Assembly: GCA_039794085.1 (NCBI GenBank)
Contig: JBDIWC010000001.1
Span: forward strand, 1-64,000
Source of the DNA: Gemmatimonadales bacterium
GTDB lineage: Bacteria > Gemmatimonadota > Gemmatimonadetes > Gemmatimonadales > GWC2-71-9
Direction: 5' to 3'
Length of the DNA: 64,000 bases
This document shows, piece by piece, positions 27,727-38,500 of the stretch (within the stretch, counting starts at the first letter, position 1; each line of letters begins with the position of its first letter). The position numbers and the translations under genes were made by a program. The notes beneath the pieces are model-generated. The model saw only the letters and a program-made list of their open reading frames with translations. It made no database searches and was not told where the DNA came from.

Positions 27727-28797
27727 TCAGCGCTGCCCGCCCACCCAGAGACTCGACAGGCCCACCACCGACGCTATCCGGTCCTCCGCCACGCGATCGG
27801 CGGCCTCGAACGAGGGGATTCCCTCGGAGTGTGCCTTGGCAAAGATCTTCCGTACCGTGTCGTAGATCTCCTGGGCCTTCCGCTTGGCCCGCTCCTGGGG
27901 CCACCCCTCCAGCTCCCCATACACATTGATCAGCCCTCCCCCGTTGATCACGTAGTCCGGGGCGTAGAGCATTCCCTTCTTTTCCAGGTCCCGTCCGTGC
28001 CGCTGTTCGGCAAGCTGGTTGTTGGCGCAGCCCGCGATGATTTCCACCTTGAGACGGCCCAGCGTGTCATCGTTCACCGTGGCACCGAGGGCACAGGGGG
28101 CATAGATGTCGCCGGGCTGATCGTAGATGACGTCGGGGACGACGGCGGTGGCCCCGAACTCAGTGACCACCCGCTTCACCTTCTCGCTGTCGAGATCGGT
28201 CACCACAAGCTTCGCCCCTTCGCTATGCAGGTGTCCCGAGAGATAGTAGGCGACCTTCCCGCATCCCTGCACCAGCACGGTGCGCCCGGCCAGACCGTCG
28301 CTACCCCACCGTTCCTTGGCGGCCGCCTTCATCCCCATGTAGACACCATAGCCCGTCACCGGCGACGGGTCGCCGCTCAGACCCTGAAGGCCCGCCACGT
28401 GCCGTGTCTCCCGGCGCACGAACTCCATGTCCACGGGACTCGTCCCAACGTCCTCGGCGGTGATGTACCGGCCCCCCAGGGTCTCGACGAACCTGCCGTG
28501 GGCCCGGAATATCGCCTCCCGATCGCGGCGCTTGTTGTCGCCCAGGATCACGGCCTTGCCGCCCCCGAGGTTCAAGCCGGCCACCGAGGCCTTGTAGGTC
28601 ATCCCCCGGGCGAGCCGGAGGGCATCGGTCACCGCCTCGGCCGTGGAGGCATACGACCAGAACCGGGTGCCGCCCAGGGCCGGGCCCAGTGTCGTGTCGT
28701 GCACCGCGATGATGCCACAGTAGCCGCAGGAGGGTTCATGGCAGAAGACGAGCTGCTCGTGGCCCAGGGATTTGATGTCGTCGAAGAGATCGGTCAT
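27727..28797 (-). CDS. Glu/Leu/Phe/Val dehydrogenase (leucine dehydrogenase-like)
   Basis: HDTTLGPALGGTR, GMTYK, GGGKAV, YITAEDVGT, GCANNQL, APDYVIN.GG. Confidence 0.95.
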   Translation of the reverse strand: MTDLFDDIKSLGHEQLVFCHEPSCGYCGIIAVHDTTLGPALGGTRFWSYASTAEAVTDALRLARGMTYKASVAGLNLGGGKAVILGDNKRRDREAIFRAHGRFVETLGGRYITAEDVGTSPVDMEFVRRETRHVAGLQGLSGDPSPVTGYGVYMGMKAAAKERWGSDGLAGRTVLVQGCGKVAYYLSGHLHSEGAKLVVTDLDSEKVKRVVTEFGATAVVPDVIYDQPGDIYAPCALGATVNDDTLGRLKVEIIAGCANNQLAEQRHGRDLEKKGMLYAPDYVINGGGLINVYGELEGWPQERAKRKAQEIYDTVRKIFAKAHSEGIPSFEAADRVAEDRIASVVGLSSLWVGGQR

Positions 28798-28825
28798 GGT
28801 GTCGGGTGTCTACCTGTGAGCGGGG

Positions 28826-29680
28826 TCAGGTGGTCGAGGCGTAGTCGTAGAACCCGCGACCGCTCTTCCGGCCGAGGTGTCCGGCGGCCACCATGCGCCG
28901 GAGCAGGGGACAGGGACGATACTTGTCGTCGCCGAGTCCGTGGTGCATGACATTCAGAATGGCGAGGCAGACATCGAGCCCGATGAAGTCGGCCAGGGCG
29001 AGAGGCCCCATCGGATGGGCCATGCCGAGCTTCATCACGGTGTCGATGGCCTCCGGGGCGGCCACCTGTTCCATCACGCAGAAGATCGCCTCGTTGATCA
29101 TCGGCATGAGAATCCGGTTGGCCACGAACCCGGGGTAATCGTTGACCTCCACCGGGGTCTTGCCGAGGGCGGTGGCGATGTCGCTCACGGCGCGGGTGGT
29201 GGCATCGCTCGTGGCATGGCCCCGGATCACCTCCACCAGCTTCATGACGGGAACCGGGTTCATGAAATGCATCCCGATCACGGACTCGGGGCGCCCGGTG
29301 TCGGCGGCGATTTCAGTGATGGAGATGGAGGAGGTGTTGCTGGCGAGGATCGTGCCGGGAGCGCACACCCGGTCGAGGGTCTGGAAAATGGATCTCTTGA
29401 CCGCACGGTCCTCACTCGCCGCCTCGACCACGAGGGTGGCGTCGCTCGCCGCCGCGAGATCGGTGGCGGGGATAATCCGGGCCAGGGTCGCGGCGGCCGC
29501 CTCGGCATCCAGGGTCCCCTTCGTGACCTGCCGGTCGAGATTCCTGCGAATCGTGGCGAGGCCGCGCTCCACCGCGGCGCTCTCCACATCGATCAGGGTC
29601 ACTCTCCACCCGTGCTGGGCCAGGACGTGGGCGATCCCGTTTCCCATGGTGCCCGCGCCGATCACCGCCGCGTGTGTCAT
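28826..29680 (-). CDS. hbd: 3-hydroxybutyryl-CoA dehydrogenase
   Basis: [49 protein letters not shown]. Confidence 0.95.
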   Translation of the reverse strand: MTHAAVIGAGTMGNGIAHVLAQHGWRVTLIDVESAAVERGLATIRRNLDRQVTKGTLDAEAAAATLARIIPATDLAAASDATLVVEAASEDRAVKRSIFQTLDRVCAPGTILASNTSSISITEIAADTGRPESVIGMHFMNPVPVMKLVEVIRGHATSDATTRAVSDIATALGKTPVEVNDYPGFVANRILMPMINEAIFCVMEQVAAPEAIDTVMKLGMAHPMGPLALADFIGLDVCLAILNVMHHGLGDDKYRPCPLLRRMVAAGHLGRKSGRGFYDYASTT

Positions 29681-30564
29681 GCGTCCCGCTCCTTCGTGTG
29701 GGTCAGAGTGCGCGCCGCGAACCAGAGGGTTCCCGACAGGGCGAGGGTCGCGAGCAGACCCCCTTCCGGACCGAAGCCGCCCCCGGTGAGCCACCGCGGC
29801 GCGCCGACAACATAATCGAGCCCCGGCATCGGCAACGGAAGACCGCTCACCGGGGCGCCCAACGCGGAGAGGGAGAGATTCCATCCCAGGTGCGCGCCGG
29901 TGGCGGTCCAGAGTCCGCCGGGCAGGAAGAACACCACCCCGAGCAGCACACCCGCCAGGCCGATGTTCAGGGCCCCGAGCCACCCTATCCCTGGATTGGC
30001 TGCGTGCCCCGTGGCGAAGAGGACGGCGAGCGCCACGATCGCCCCGGGGCGGCCGAACGCCCGTCCGCACACGGCCAGGGGAAGCCCCCGGAAGATCAGC
30101 TCCTCCGCGAGAGCGGCCGGCAGGAGCGCCCCGGCGGTCTGGACCGTGACCGCCCCCCATGCCCCCGCGGTCTCGCCGTCGAGCTGCCACGATGCCCCCC
30201 CCGCCGGCACCGCCAGCATCATCGCCGCGCCGGCGGGAATCGCCCCCCACAGAACGCCCCGGCCGAAGCCGCGGATCCCGGTCGTCATCGGGGCCAGTCC
30301 CAGGGACACGGAGGGAAGCCCGAGGGCCCGGATCCCGATGACCCAGGTCGCGATCCCGAAGGCCGTCACCAGCAGGACACCCTGCGCCAGAACCGCCCCG
30401 GCGGCGGGACGGGTGGCCAGGAGCGCGGGATTGACCTGGGGCAGCAGCCGCACGAATCCTGCGAGAAGGGCAACGGCGAGCCCTCCGCCGAGCAGCAGGT
30501 AAACGACCGTCCACCCGACCGCCTTCCCCCGACCGAGTTGAACGCCGACGCCCGGCTGGCTCAC
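29677..30564 (-). CDS. CPBP/CAAX-family intramembrane glutamic endopeptidase
   Basis: Multiple TM helices. EELIFRG, F...[14 protein letters not shown]. Start uncertain. Confidence 0.88.
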   Translation of the reverse strand: MSQPGVGVQLGRGKAVGWTVVYLLLGGGLAVALLAGFVRLLPQVNPALLATRPAAGAVLAQGVLLVTAFGIATWVIGIRALGLPSVSLGLAPMTTGIRGFGRGVLWGAIPAGAAMMLAVPAGGASWQLDGETAGAWGAVTVQTAGALLPAALAEELIFRGLPLAVCGRAFGRPGAIVALAVLFATGHAANPGIGWLGALNIGLAGVLLGVVFFLPGGLWTATGAHLGWNLSLSALGAPVSGLPLPMPGLDYVVGAPRWLTGGGFGPEGGLLATLALSGTLWFAARTLTHTKERDA

Positions 30565-30682
30565 ACCCCACACCGCCGCGCGGACCGCCGAAATCGTCCC
30601 TTCGTGTCTTCGCGTCTTCGTGTGGGCTGCTGTCGAAGCCCCCGGAGCGCCAGGGGGGCGGCGTTCCCGAGGAACCGGGTCA

Positions 30683-31870
30683 TCAGAGAGCTTCGACGGC
30701 GAGGGCCACCGCGTTCCCCCCCCCGAGACAGAGGGTGGCCAGACCGGTGCCAACCCCGCGGTTCCGCATCGCATAGAGGAGGGTGGTCAGTAGCCGGGCG
30801 CCGCTGGCCCCGATCGGGTGACCGAGGGCCACCGCGCCCCCGTGCACATTGACCCGGTCCCAGTCCCAGCCGAGAGCCCGGCCGTCGGCCAGGGCCTGGA
30901 CGGCGAAGGCCTCGTTCGCTTCAATGAGCTGATAGTCCCCGATGGTGGTCCCGGCCTTGGCCATCAGGTTCCGCACCGCCATGATCGGGGCAAAGAAGAG
31001 ATCCTTCGGCTCCCCACCTCCGGTGGCGTAGTGTGTCACCCGGGCCAGGGGGGCCAAGCCATGGGCCTTGGCAAAGGCGAGTGAGGCCACCACCGTGGCG
31101 CTCGCCCCGTCGTTCAAACCGGGTGCGTTCCCCGCCGTCACCGATCCCGCCTTGTCGAACACCGGCTTGAGCCGGGCCAGGGCCTCGAGGGAGGTGTCCT
31201 CCCGCGGACCCTCGTCGGTGTCCACCGTGACCGACCCCTTGCGACCGGGGACCTCCACCGGAGCGATCTCCGCGACGAACTTCCCCCCCTTGATGGCGGC
31301 CACCGCCTTCTGGTGGCTCTTGAGGGCGAACTGGTCCTGGTCCTCGCGGCTCACCCCGGCCTTGCTGGCAGTGTACTCGGCGTACGCTCCCATGTGGACG
31401 TTGCCGAAGGAGTCCCAGAGCCCGTCGTGGATCATCCCGTCCACCACGGTCTGATTGCCCGCCTTGATCCCGTTCCGGTAGCCGTAGAGATAGTGCGGCG
31501 ACCCCGACATGACCTCCTGGCCGCCGGCCACGACGCACTGGGCGTCGCCCGAGCGGATCGCCTGGGCCGCGAGCATCACCGCCTTGAGCCCGGACCCGCA
31601 CACCTTGTTGATGGTGAGCGCGGGAATGACACCATTCAATCCGGCGTGGATCATCGCCTGCCGCGCCGGGGCCTGGCCCCATCCGCCCTGCAGCACCTGT
31701 CCCATGATCACTTCGTCGATCGCCGCGGCGTCGACCCCGGCCCGGGCCACGGACTCGCGGATCACGTGCGCTCCGAGCTGGGGAGGGGAGAGAGTGGAGA
31801 GCCCCCCGAGGTAGCGACCGATCGGAGTGCGGCAGGCGGAGAGGATGACGGCGGTGGTCTGGTCTGACAT
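30683..31870 (-). CDS. acetyl-CoA C-acetyltransferase (thiolase)
   Basis: NKVCGSG, NEAFA, GHPIGASG, CLGGG. Confidence 0.97.
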   Translation of the reverse strand: MSDQTTAVILSACRTPIGRYLGGLSTLSPPQLGAHVIRESVARAGVDAAAIDEVIMGQVLQGGWGQAPARQAMIHAGLNGVIPALTINKVCGSGLKAVMLAAQAIRSGDAQCVVAGGQEVMSGSPHYLYGYRNGIKAGNQTVVDGMIHDGLWDSFGNVHMGAYAEYTASKAGVSREDQDQFALKSHQKAVAAIKGGKFVAEIAPVEVPGRKGSVTVDTDEGPREDTSLEALARLKPVFDKAGSVTAGNAPGLNDGASATVVASLAFAKAHGLAPLARVTHYATGGGEPKDLFFAPIMAVRNLMAKAGTTIGDYQLIEANEAFAVQALADGRALGWDWDRVNVHGGAVALGHPIGASGARLLTTLLYAMRNRGVGTGLATLCLGGGNAVALAVEAL

Positions 31871-31982
31871 GCGTTCCATCCGGATCAAGACAGTGTGCGA
31901 GGATGCACGAATCTGGCGACGGCGGAATATATCACTCCGTCGCGACGCAGGCAGATATCGGACCTCCGACCCTTTCGATCCC

Positions 31983-33920
31983 CTATGCGGGCAGGGACCG
32001 GGAGCGGATCTCGGCCTGGATCCGCTCGAGGAACCGGTCCACCGGGATCACCTCCTGCTTGGCCCCGGCGCCGCGGGCCCGAAGCGCAAGGGTGCCCGCG
32101 TCGGCCTCGCGCTGCCCGATGATGGCCATGTAGGGCACCTTCTGCATCTCGGCCTCCCGGATCCGGTAGTTCAGGGTGTCGCTCCCGGCGTCGAGGCGCG
32201 CGCGAATCCCCGCCGCGGTGAGCCGTGCGGTGACGGTGCGGGCCGCGTCGGCCTGGGCGTCGCTGATCGGGAGGACCCGGACCTGTTCGGGGGCGAGCCA
32301 CACGGGGAACGCACCGGCGAAATGTTCGATCAGGGTGCCGATGAACCGCTCCAGGGTCCCGTAGATGGCGCGATGAATCATCACCGGCCGATGGGGCTGG
32401 TTGTCGGCGCCGGTGTACTCGAGCTCAAAGCGCTCGGGAAGCTGGAAATCGAGCTGGATCGTCGGTCCCTGCCAGAGGCGGCCGATCGCATCCTGGAACT
32501 TGATGTCGATCTTGGGCCCGTAGAAGGCTCCTCCCCCCGCGTCGATCCGGAACGGGATTCCCTTGGCGGTCAGAACCTGCTGCAGCATCGCCTCGGCCCG
32601 GTCCCAGGTCGCGTCGTCCCCGAGGCGCTCCTCCGGCCGGGTGGACACCTCGAAATCGAGCACGAAGCCGAACGCCGAGCGCACCAGGCGATCGACCTGA
32701 TCGAGGCAGAGCCCGATCTCCTGCTCGATCTGATCGAAGGTGCAGAAGATGTGGGCGTCGTCCATGCAGAGTCCCCGCACCCGCAGCAACCCGTGCAGCA
32801 CTCCGGACCGTTCGTTCCGGTAGACGTTGGCCACCTCGGACACCCGGACCGGGAGATCGCGGTAGCTGCGCGTGCGGTTCCGGTAGATGAGGCAGTGCAT
32901 CGGGCAGTTCATCGGCTTGACGCGATACCGCACCTCCTCGCTCTCCTCGTGCCCTGCCCCCATGGCGGGATACTGGTTCGCGGCATAGAGCGGGAGATGG
33001 CCGGAGATCCGGAACAGCTCCTCGCGGGTCACGTTCGGGGTGTAGACCAGGTCGTATCCCGAGGCGAGGTTGTCATCCTCGACCGCGCGCGACAGCACCC
33101 ATTTGATGAGGGCCCCCTTGGGATGCCAGAACACGAGCCCCGGGCCGACGATCTCCTGGATCGAGAACAGATCGAGCTGCTTGCCGAGGACCCGGTGGTC
33201 CCGCTTCTTCGCCTCCTCGAGCCGGTGGAGGTGCTCGGCGAGATCCTCCTTGCGGAAGAAGGCGGTGCCGTAGATGCGTTGCAGCATCTGCCGTTTTTCG
33301 TCTCCCCGCCAGTAGGCGCCCGCGCTGGTGAGCAGGCGGAAGTGACGGAGACGGCCGGTGCTCGGAATGTGGGGCCCCCGGCAGAGATCGACGAAGGGCC
33401 CGTCGGTGTAGAGGGAGATGGTCTCGTCGTCGCCCAGTTCCGTGATGCGCTCGAGCTTGAGCGCGTCGTCCGCAAAACGGCGGTTGGCGGTGTCCCGGTC
33501 CACCTCCTCCCGCACGAAGGGGTGGTCCGCCGCCACCACGGCGTGCATCGCCTCCTCGATCCGCTCGAGATCCTCGGGCGTGAAGGGCCGGGGCACCTCG
33601 AAGTCGTAGTAGAAGCCCTCGTCGATGGCGGGGCCGAACCCGATTCCGGCCTCGGGAAAGAGGGACCGCACCGCCGTGGCCAGCACGTGGGCCGCGGAGT
33701 GCCGGAGCACCGGGAGCGCGTCGGCATCGCGCTCGGTCAGGATGGCAACCGACACCCCGTCCCTCAGCGGACGGCTCAGATCCTGCACCGCTCCATTGAC
33801 CCGCATCGCCAGGGCGGCCCGGGCCAGTCCCGGTCCGATGGCGGTCGCGAGATCGTGTCCCGTGGCGCCGTCCGGCAGCTCGCGCACGCTCCCATCCGGG
33901 AGGGTCACGTGAACGCTCAT
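31983..33920 (-). CDS. thrS: threonine--tRNA ligase
   Basis: TGS domain, RHSAAH, DLCRGPH, RDHR.LG, KPMNCP.H, QLDF.LPERF, MIHRA. Confidence 0.99.
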   Translation of the reverse strand: MSVHVTLPDGSVRELPDGATGHDLATAIGPGLARAALAMRVNGAVQDLSRPLRDGVSVAILTERDADALPVLRHSAAHVLATAVRSLFPEAGIGFGPAIDEGFYYDFEVPRPFTPEDLERIEEAMHAVVAADHPFVREEVDRDTANRRFADDALKLERITELGDDETISLYTDGPFVDLCRGPHIPSTGRLRHFRLLTSAGAYWRGDEKRQMLQRIYGTAFFRKEDLAEHLHRLEEAKKRDHRVLGKQLDLFSIQEIVGPGLVFWHPKGALIKWVLSRAVEDDNLASGYDLVYTPNVTREELFRISGHLPLYAANQYPAMGAGHEESEEVRYRVKPMNCPMHCLIYRNRTRSYRDLPVRVSEVANVYRNERSGVLHGLLRVRGLCMDDAHIFCTFDQIEQEIGLCLDQVDRLVRSAFGFVLDFEVSTRPEERLGDDATWDRAEAMLQQVLTAKGIPFRIDAGGGAFYGPKIDIKFQDAIGRLWQGPTIQLDFQLPERFELEYTGADNQPHRPVMIHRAIYGTLERFIGTLIEHFAGAFPVWLAPEQVRVLPISDAQADAARTVTARLTAAGIRARLDAGSDTLNYRIREAEMQKVPYMAIIGQREADAGTLALRARGAGAKQEVIPVDRFLERIQAEIRSRSLPA

Positions 33921-34069
33921 TCGGCACCCCCCTCGGAGACGATGGCCACCACCGGCTCGGCGCGGGTAAGGTGAACAAAATAGAGACCCAGGCCGGTCAG
34001 AACGAGGACCGCGAACAGCAGCCAGCGCCAGATCGGGAACGAGGTCGGGGATACGAGAGGAGTCGTCAT
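33917..34069 (-). CDS. 50-aa single-pass membrane protein (absent from the ORF track)
   Basis: MTTPLVSPTSFPIWRWLLFAVLVLTGLGLYFVHLTRAEPVVAIVSEGGAE*. Stop overlaps the thrS start (ATGA). Confidence 0.6.
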   Translation of the reverse strand: MTTPLVSPTSFPIWRWLLFAVLVLTGLGLYFVHLTRAEPVVAIVSEGGAE

Positions 34070-34137
34070 GTCCATCCGGAGAATACGAGAAGACGGTGCG
34101 CGTGCGAAGCGCTGTGCTGCGGTATTAACTTAATGCG

Positions 34138-34575
34138 ATGCGCACGATCCGTGACGAACGCCGCCGGCACCGTCCCCGCGACCCCCTTCTCCTCAAGGCC
34201 ACGATCGGCCTGGGTCTCGGTTTTCTCGGGGGATTCTTCCTGGGGGAACTCCTCGGGCAGGTCACCGGGGAGCGCGTCCGTCGTCTGGCGCGGGCAGGCC
34301 GCGCCCGGTCGGGGTCCACTCCCGATCCGATCCGGGCGATCCGCGAGGTTCTCGGGTCGGACCCCGTGCTCGGAGCCGCGGACCTGGAGGTCCGCCGGGT
34401 CGGATCCCGGGGGGTGGAGATCCATGGCTGGGTCGATCGCCGTCAGGATCGGGCCCGGCTGCATCGTCTGGCCACGGGCGCCGCACCGGACCGGACCGTG
34501 GTCAACGCCGTGCGGGTGCATGGCGAGGATGATATCGAGCCCCCCACCCTCACGACCTCCTCGCAGCCGGCGTGA
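34138..34575 (+). CDS. BON-domain membrane protein
   Basis: N-terminal TM helix, then a BON-like pattern (L..DPVL...LEV...VEIHGWV...VVNAVRV). GTGA overlap with valS. Confidence 0.75.
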   Translation: MRTIRDERRRHRPRDPLLLKATIGLGLGFLGGFFLGELLGQVTGERVRRLARAGRARSGSTPDPIRAIREVLGSDPVLGAADLEVRRVGSRGVEIHGWVDRRQDRARLHRLATGAAPDRTVVNAVRVHGEDDIEPPTLTTSSQPA

Positions 34576-37256
34576 CCGCCCCCCTCGATCCCGCCTACGA
34601 TCCTCGCGGCCTGGAGACCTCCCTCTACCGCCAGTGGGAGGCCCAGGGCGCATTTCAACCCTCCGGCCGGGGCGATCCCTACGTCATCGCCATGCCGCCG
34701 CCCAATGTGACGGCCCACCTTCACATGGGGCATGGGCTCAACCACGCCATCCAGGATGCCCTCATCCGCTGCGCCCGCATGCGGGGACGGGACACCCTCT
34801 GGCTTCCCGGAACCGACCACGCCGGCATCGCCACCCAGAACGTTGTTGAGCGCCAGCTTGCCGCGGAAGGGACCAGCCGGTTCGATCTCGGGCGCGAGGC
34901 CTTCGAGGCGCGGGTTCGAGCCTATGTCGGGGCCACCGAGGCCACCATCCTGGGGCAGCTCCGCGCGGTCGGAGCCAGTGCCGACTGGACCCGGACCTAT
35001 TTCACCCTCGAGGACCGGATGTCCCGGGCGGTGCGCGAGGTCTTTGTCCGTCTGCACGAGAAGGGGCTCATCTATCGCGGGAAGTACATCATCAACTGGT
35101 GCCCCCGATGCCTCACGGCCCTGTCCAACGAGGAGGCGGAAAAGGAGGAGGTCCGGGGATCGATCTGGCGCCTGCGGTATCCGCTGGCCGACGGGAGCGG
35201 ATTCCTGGTGGTGGCCACCACCCGCCCGGAGACGATGCTCGGCGACACCGGCGTCGCGGTCCATCCCGAGGATGAGCGCTACGCGGCGATGGTGGGCCGG
35301 GAGGTCCGTCTCCCCCTCACCGGCCGAGTGGTGCCGGTGGTGGCCGATGCCGCCATCGACCGGGAGTTCGGCACCGGGGTGGTGAAGATGACCCCGGCCC
35401 ACGATCCTCTCGACTTCGAGATCGCCGGACGCCACGGGCTTCCCGCGCTCGATATCCTGACCCCCGAGGCCCGGCTCACCGACGACGTCCCGGAGCCGTT
35501 CCGCGGGCTCGACCGGTTCGCGGCCCGGACCGCGGTCATCGCCGCGCTGGAAGCGGAGGGACTCGTGGAGAAGGTGGAGCCGCACACCCATGCGGTGGGG
35601 CACTGTTACCGCTGCCACACCATCGTGGAGCCGCGGCTCTCGGATCAATGGTTCGTCCGGATGGCCCCCCTGGCCGCTCCGGCCCTCCAGGCCCACCGGT
35701 CGGGCCGGCTCCGGTTCGTGCCCGCCCGGCGTGGCGACGAGTATGCCCAGTGGATGGAAGGGATCCGGGACTGGTGCATCTCCCGCCAGCTCTGGTGGGG
35801 TCACCGGATTCCGGTGTTCTACTGCGAAAACCCGGAGTGCGGACGCCCCAACGTCTCCCGAACCGACCTGACCCACTGTCCCTCCTGCCAGGGGCCGGTG
35901 CGGCAGGACGAGGATGTGCTCGACACCTGGTTCTCCTCCTGGCTGGTTCCCTTCAGCGGACTGGGGTGGCCCGACTCCACGCCCGATCTGGCACGCTACT
36001 ATCCGGGTCATGTCCTGGTCACCGCGCCCGAGATTCTCTTCTTCTGGGTGGCGCGCATGGTGATGGCGGGCCTCGAATTCATGGGCGACCTCCCCTTCAC
36101 CACCGTCTACCTCCACGGCACGGTGCGGGACACCCAGCACCGGAAGATGTCCAAGTCCCTGGGCAACGGAATCGATCCGCTCGACGTCGTGGATCAGTAC
36201 GGGGCGGATGCCCTTCGCTTCACCGTGCTCTCGGGGACCGCGGTGGGCACCGACCTCATCCTCGATCCCGGTGATCTCGAGGCGTCCTTCGCGGCCGGCC
36301 GGAACTTCGCCAACAAGCTCTGGAACCTCGGCCGGTTCCTGCTGGGCCATCTCGACGGTCCGGTGCGTCCCCTGGCCGGGTCCGACCCCGCGGTGATCCG
36401 TCGGGATGAGCTGCGACTCGCGGATCGATGGATCATCGCCCGGTGTGACGAGATGGTGCGGGAGGTGACGGTCGCCTTCGACCGGTTCCGGCTCAACGAT
36501 GCCGCCGCCGCCGTCTACCGGTTCGTCTGGAGCGATCTGGCCGACTGGTACATCGAGCAGATCAAGCCCCGGCTGCACGGTGATCTGCCGGGTGGCGATG
36601 TGGCCCGCGCGGTGGCGACCCGGACCTTCGACGTGGCCCTTCGGCTGCTGCATCCGGTGATGCCGTTCATCACGGAGACGCTCTGGACCCGCCTGCCGGG
36701 ACACCCCCCGGGGGCATCGATCATCCGGGCCCCCTGGCCCTGTCCCGATGAACGGGCCCTCGATTCCGAGGCCCAGGAGCACTTTCGCCTGGTGCAGGAG
36801 GCGGTGGGGGCCATCCGCGCGATCCGGGCGGAGTATGGGGTGCAGCCGGGTCAGCAGGTGCGGGCCGTCATCGCCAGCAGCCACCCCCGCTCCCGGGACG
36901 TGCTGAGCCGGGAACAGGACACCATCAGGCGACTCGCCCGGGTGTCCGAGCTCCAGGTGGGCCCCGACGCTCCCGAGGCCGGTGGGGCCGGGACGGCTGT
37001 CCTCTCCGACGGATCGGCGATCCTCGTTCCTCTCGGGGATCTCATCGACCTGAAGCGGGAGTGCGCCCGGCTCCGTTCCGAAATCGAACGCATCGAGGAG
37101 CTCGTGGCCCGCCAGGAACAGAAACTCGGCAACACCGCCTTTGTCACCCGGGCCCCGGCGGACGTGGTGACGCGGGAGCGGGAGAAGCTCGCTTCGTGGC
37201 AGGAGCAGGTCTCCGTTTTGCGGGACAAGCGGGAGCGACTCGCCTGCCCCGATTGA
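34572..37256 (+). CDS. valS: valine--tRNA ligase
   Basis: PPPNVT..LHMGH, GTDHAGIATQ, DWCISRQLWWGH, KMSKS, C-terminal coiled coil. Confidence 0.99.
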   Translation: MTAPLDPAYDPRGLETSLYRQWEAQGAFQPSGRGDPYVIAMPPPNVTAHLHMGHGLNHAIQDALIRCARMRGRDTLWLPGTDHAGIATQNVVERQLAAEGTSRFDLGREAFEARVRAYVGATEATILGQLRAVGASADWTRTYFTLEDRMSRAVREVFVRLHEKGLIYRGKYIINWCPRCLTALSNEEAEKEEVRGSIWRLRYPLADGSGFLVVATTRPETMLGDTGVAVHPEDERYAAMVGREVRLPLTGRVVPVVADAAIDREFGTGVVKMTPAHDPLDFEIAGRHGLPALDILTPEARLTDDVPEPFRGLDRFAARTAVIAALEAEGLVEKVEPHTHAVGHCYRCHTIVEPRLSDQWFVRMAPLAAPALQAHRSGRLRFVPARRGDEYAQWMEGIRDWCISRQLWWGHRIPVFYCENPECGRPNVSRTDLTHCPSCQGPVRQDEDVLDTWFSSWLVPFSGLGWPDSTPDLARYYPGHVLVTAPEILFFWVARMVMAGLEFMGDLPFTTVYLHGTVRDTQHRKMSKSLGNGIDPLDVVDQYGADALRFTVLSGTAVGTDLILDPGDLEASFAAGRNFANKLWNLGRFLLGHLDGPVRPLAGSDPAVIRRDELRLADRWIIARCDEMVREVTVAFDRFRLNDAAAAVYRFVWSDLADWYIEQIKPRLHGDLPGGDVARAVATRTFDVALRLLHPVMPFITETLWTRLPGHPPGASIIRAPWPCPDERALDSEAQEHFRLVQEAVGAIRAIRAEYGVQPGQQVRAVIASSHPRSRDVLSREQDTIRRLARVSELQVGPDAPEAGGAGTAVLSDGSAILVPLGDLIDLKRECARLRSEIERIEELVARQEQKLGNTAFVTRAPADVVTREREKLASWQEQVSVLRDKRERLACPD

Positions 37257-38500
37257 CCGGCGCGATCCTCGCCACCCTCTTCCTGGCCGGGTGCGCGCGC
37301 ATCGAGCCCCCTCCCGGCGGCCCGCCGGATTTCACCGCGCCCCTTCTCCTCGCCACCCGTCCCGACTCGATGGTGGTCGAGGCCGACTTCGAAGGGGAGG
37401 TCGAATTTCAGTTCGACGAGACCGTCTCGGAAGGATCGAGTCCCAATTTCGGACTCGGGACCGGAGACCTCGAGAAGCTGATCCTCCTCTCGCCGGTTCG
37501 GGAGAGGGATGAGGTGCCGCGGGTACGCTGGCGCCGGAGCCGGATCACCGTCAAGCCCCGCGACGGATGGCGACCCGAAACCACCTACCGGATCGAGCTG
37601 CTGGCCGGAGTGAACGACCTCCGCAACAACCGGTCCCGTCAGCCGGCGGTCGTGACCTTCACGACGGGAGGCGAAACCCCGGGGACCATCTTCCAGGGAA
37701 CCGTGATCAACTGGACCACCTCCCGGCCGGTACCCCAGGCCCTGGTCGAGGCCATGCTGCTCCCCGATTCACTGATCTACCGGGGTTTGGCCGATTCCGT
37801 CGGCGACTTCACCCTCGGTCCTCTTCCGGGTGGTACCTGGCTGGTCCGGGGCGTCATCGACGAAAACCGGAACCGGCGGTTCGATGGCCGGGAACTCTTC
37901 GACACGGTCCGGACGGAAACCGCAACGGGCGCGGGCCAAGTGGAAGACCTCGGGGAGCTCTGGGCCTTTCGTCACGACTCGCTCGGCCCCATTCTACAAA
38001 CGGTCACCATGCGGGACACCCTGTCGATCCTCCTCACGTTTTCCCAATTGCTCGCCCCCGAGCAGGAGATTCCGCTCGACTCGGTGCTGGTGCAGCAGGT
38101 GAGCGACTCGACCCTCCTGGCCGTCGAGGCCATTCTCTCCCCGAGCCGGTACGACAGCCTGTACCGTCTCCCTGTCACTCCCGCGCCCCCCGACTCGGCC
38201 GCCGCCGCGGACACCGCGGGCCCGATCCCGCTCCGGGCCCCCCAGCCCCGTCCCCCGTCACCACTTGATCCCCGGACCAGCCGGCCCCGGCTCGACGACA
38301 AGCTGGTGCTCCGCCTCACCACCCGGCTGCAACCAGGCGAGAGGTACATCGTGGACATCGGCGGCGTCCGCAATCCCAACGGCGCATCGGGACGCGGGCG
38401 CGCGGCGCTGGTCATGCCCGCCACCGCTCCGGTGGACACCACCGGCGCCCGCCCCGACTCCCTTGCCGCCCGGCCCGACTCCGGCGGGACACGACGGTGA
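37253..38500 (+). CDS. lipoprotein with bacterial Ig-like (Big_5-type) domains
   Basis: TTG start overlapping the valS stop. Lipobox LAGC followed by PPGGPPD..P. Beta-rich. Confidence 0.82.
   Translation: MTGAILATLFLAGCARIEPPPGGPPDFTAPLLLATRPDSMVVEADFEGEVEFQFDETVSEGSSPNFGLGTGDLEKLILLSPVRERDEVPRVRWRRSRITVKPRDGWRPETTYRIELLAGVNDLRNNRSRQPAVVTFTTGGETPGTIFQGTVINWTTSRPVPQALVEAMLLPDSLIYRGLADSVGDFTLGPLPGGTWLVRGVIDENRNRRFDGRELFDTVRTETATGAGQVEDLGELWAFRHDSLGPILQTVTMRDTLSILLTFSQLLAPEQEIPLDSVLVQQVSDSTLLAVEAILSPSRYDSLYRLPVTPAPPDSAAAADTAGPIPLRAPQPRPPSPLDPRTSRPRLDDKLVLRLTTRLQPGERYIVDIGGVRNPNGASGRGRAALVMPATAPVDTTGARPDSLAARPDSGGTRR

Noticed and set aside
33921..34137. T-box or riboswitch upstream of thrS/valS
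   Set aside because: No T-box consensus or terminator/antiterminator was seen. The space is filled by a small ORF and a short divergent promoter region.
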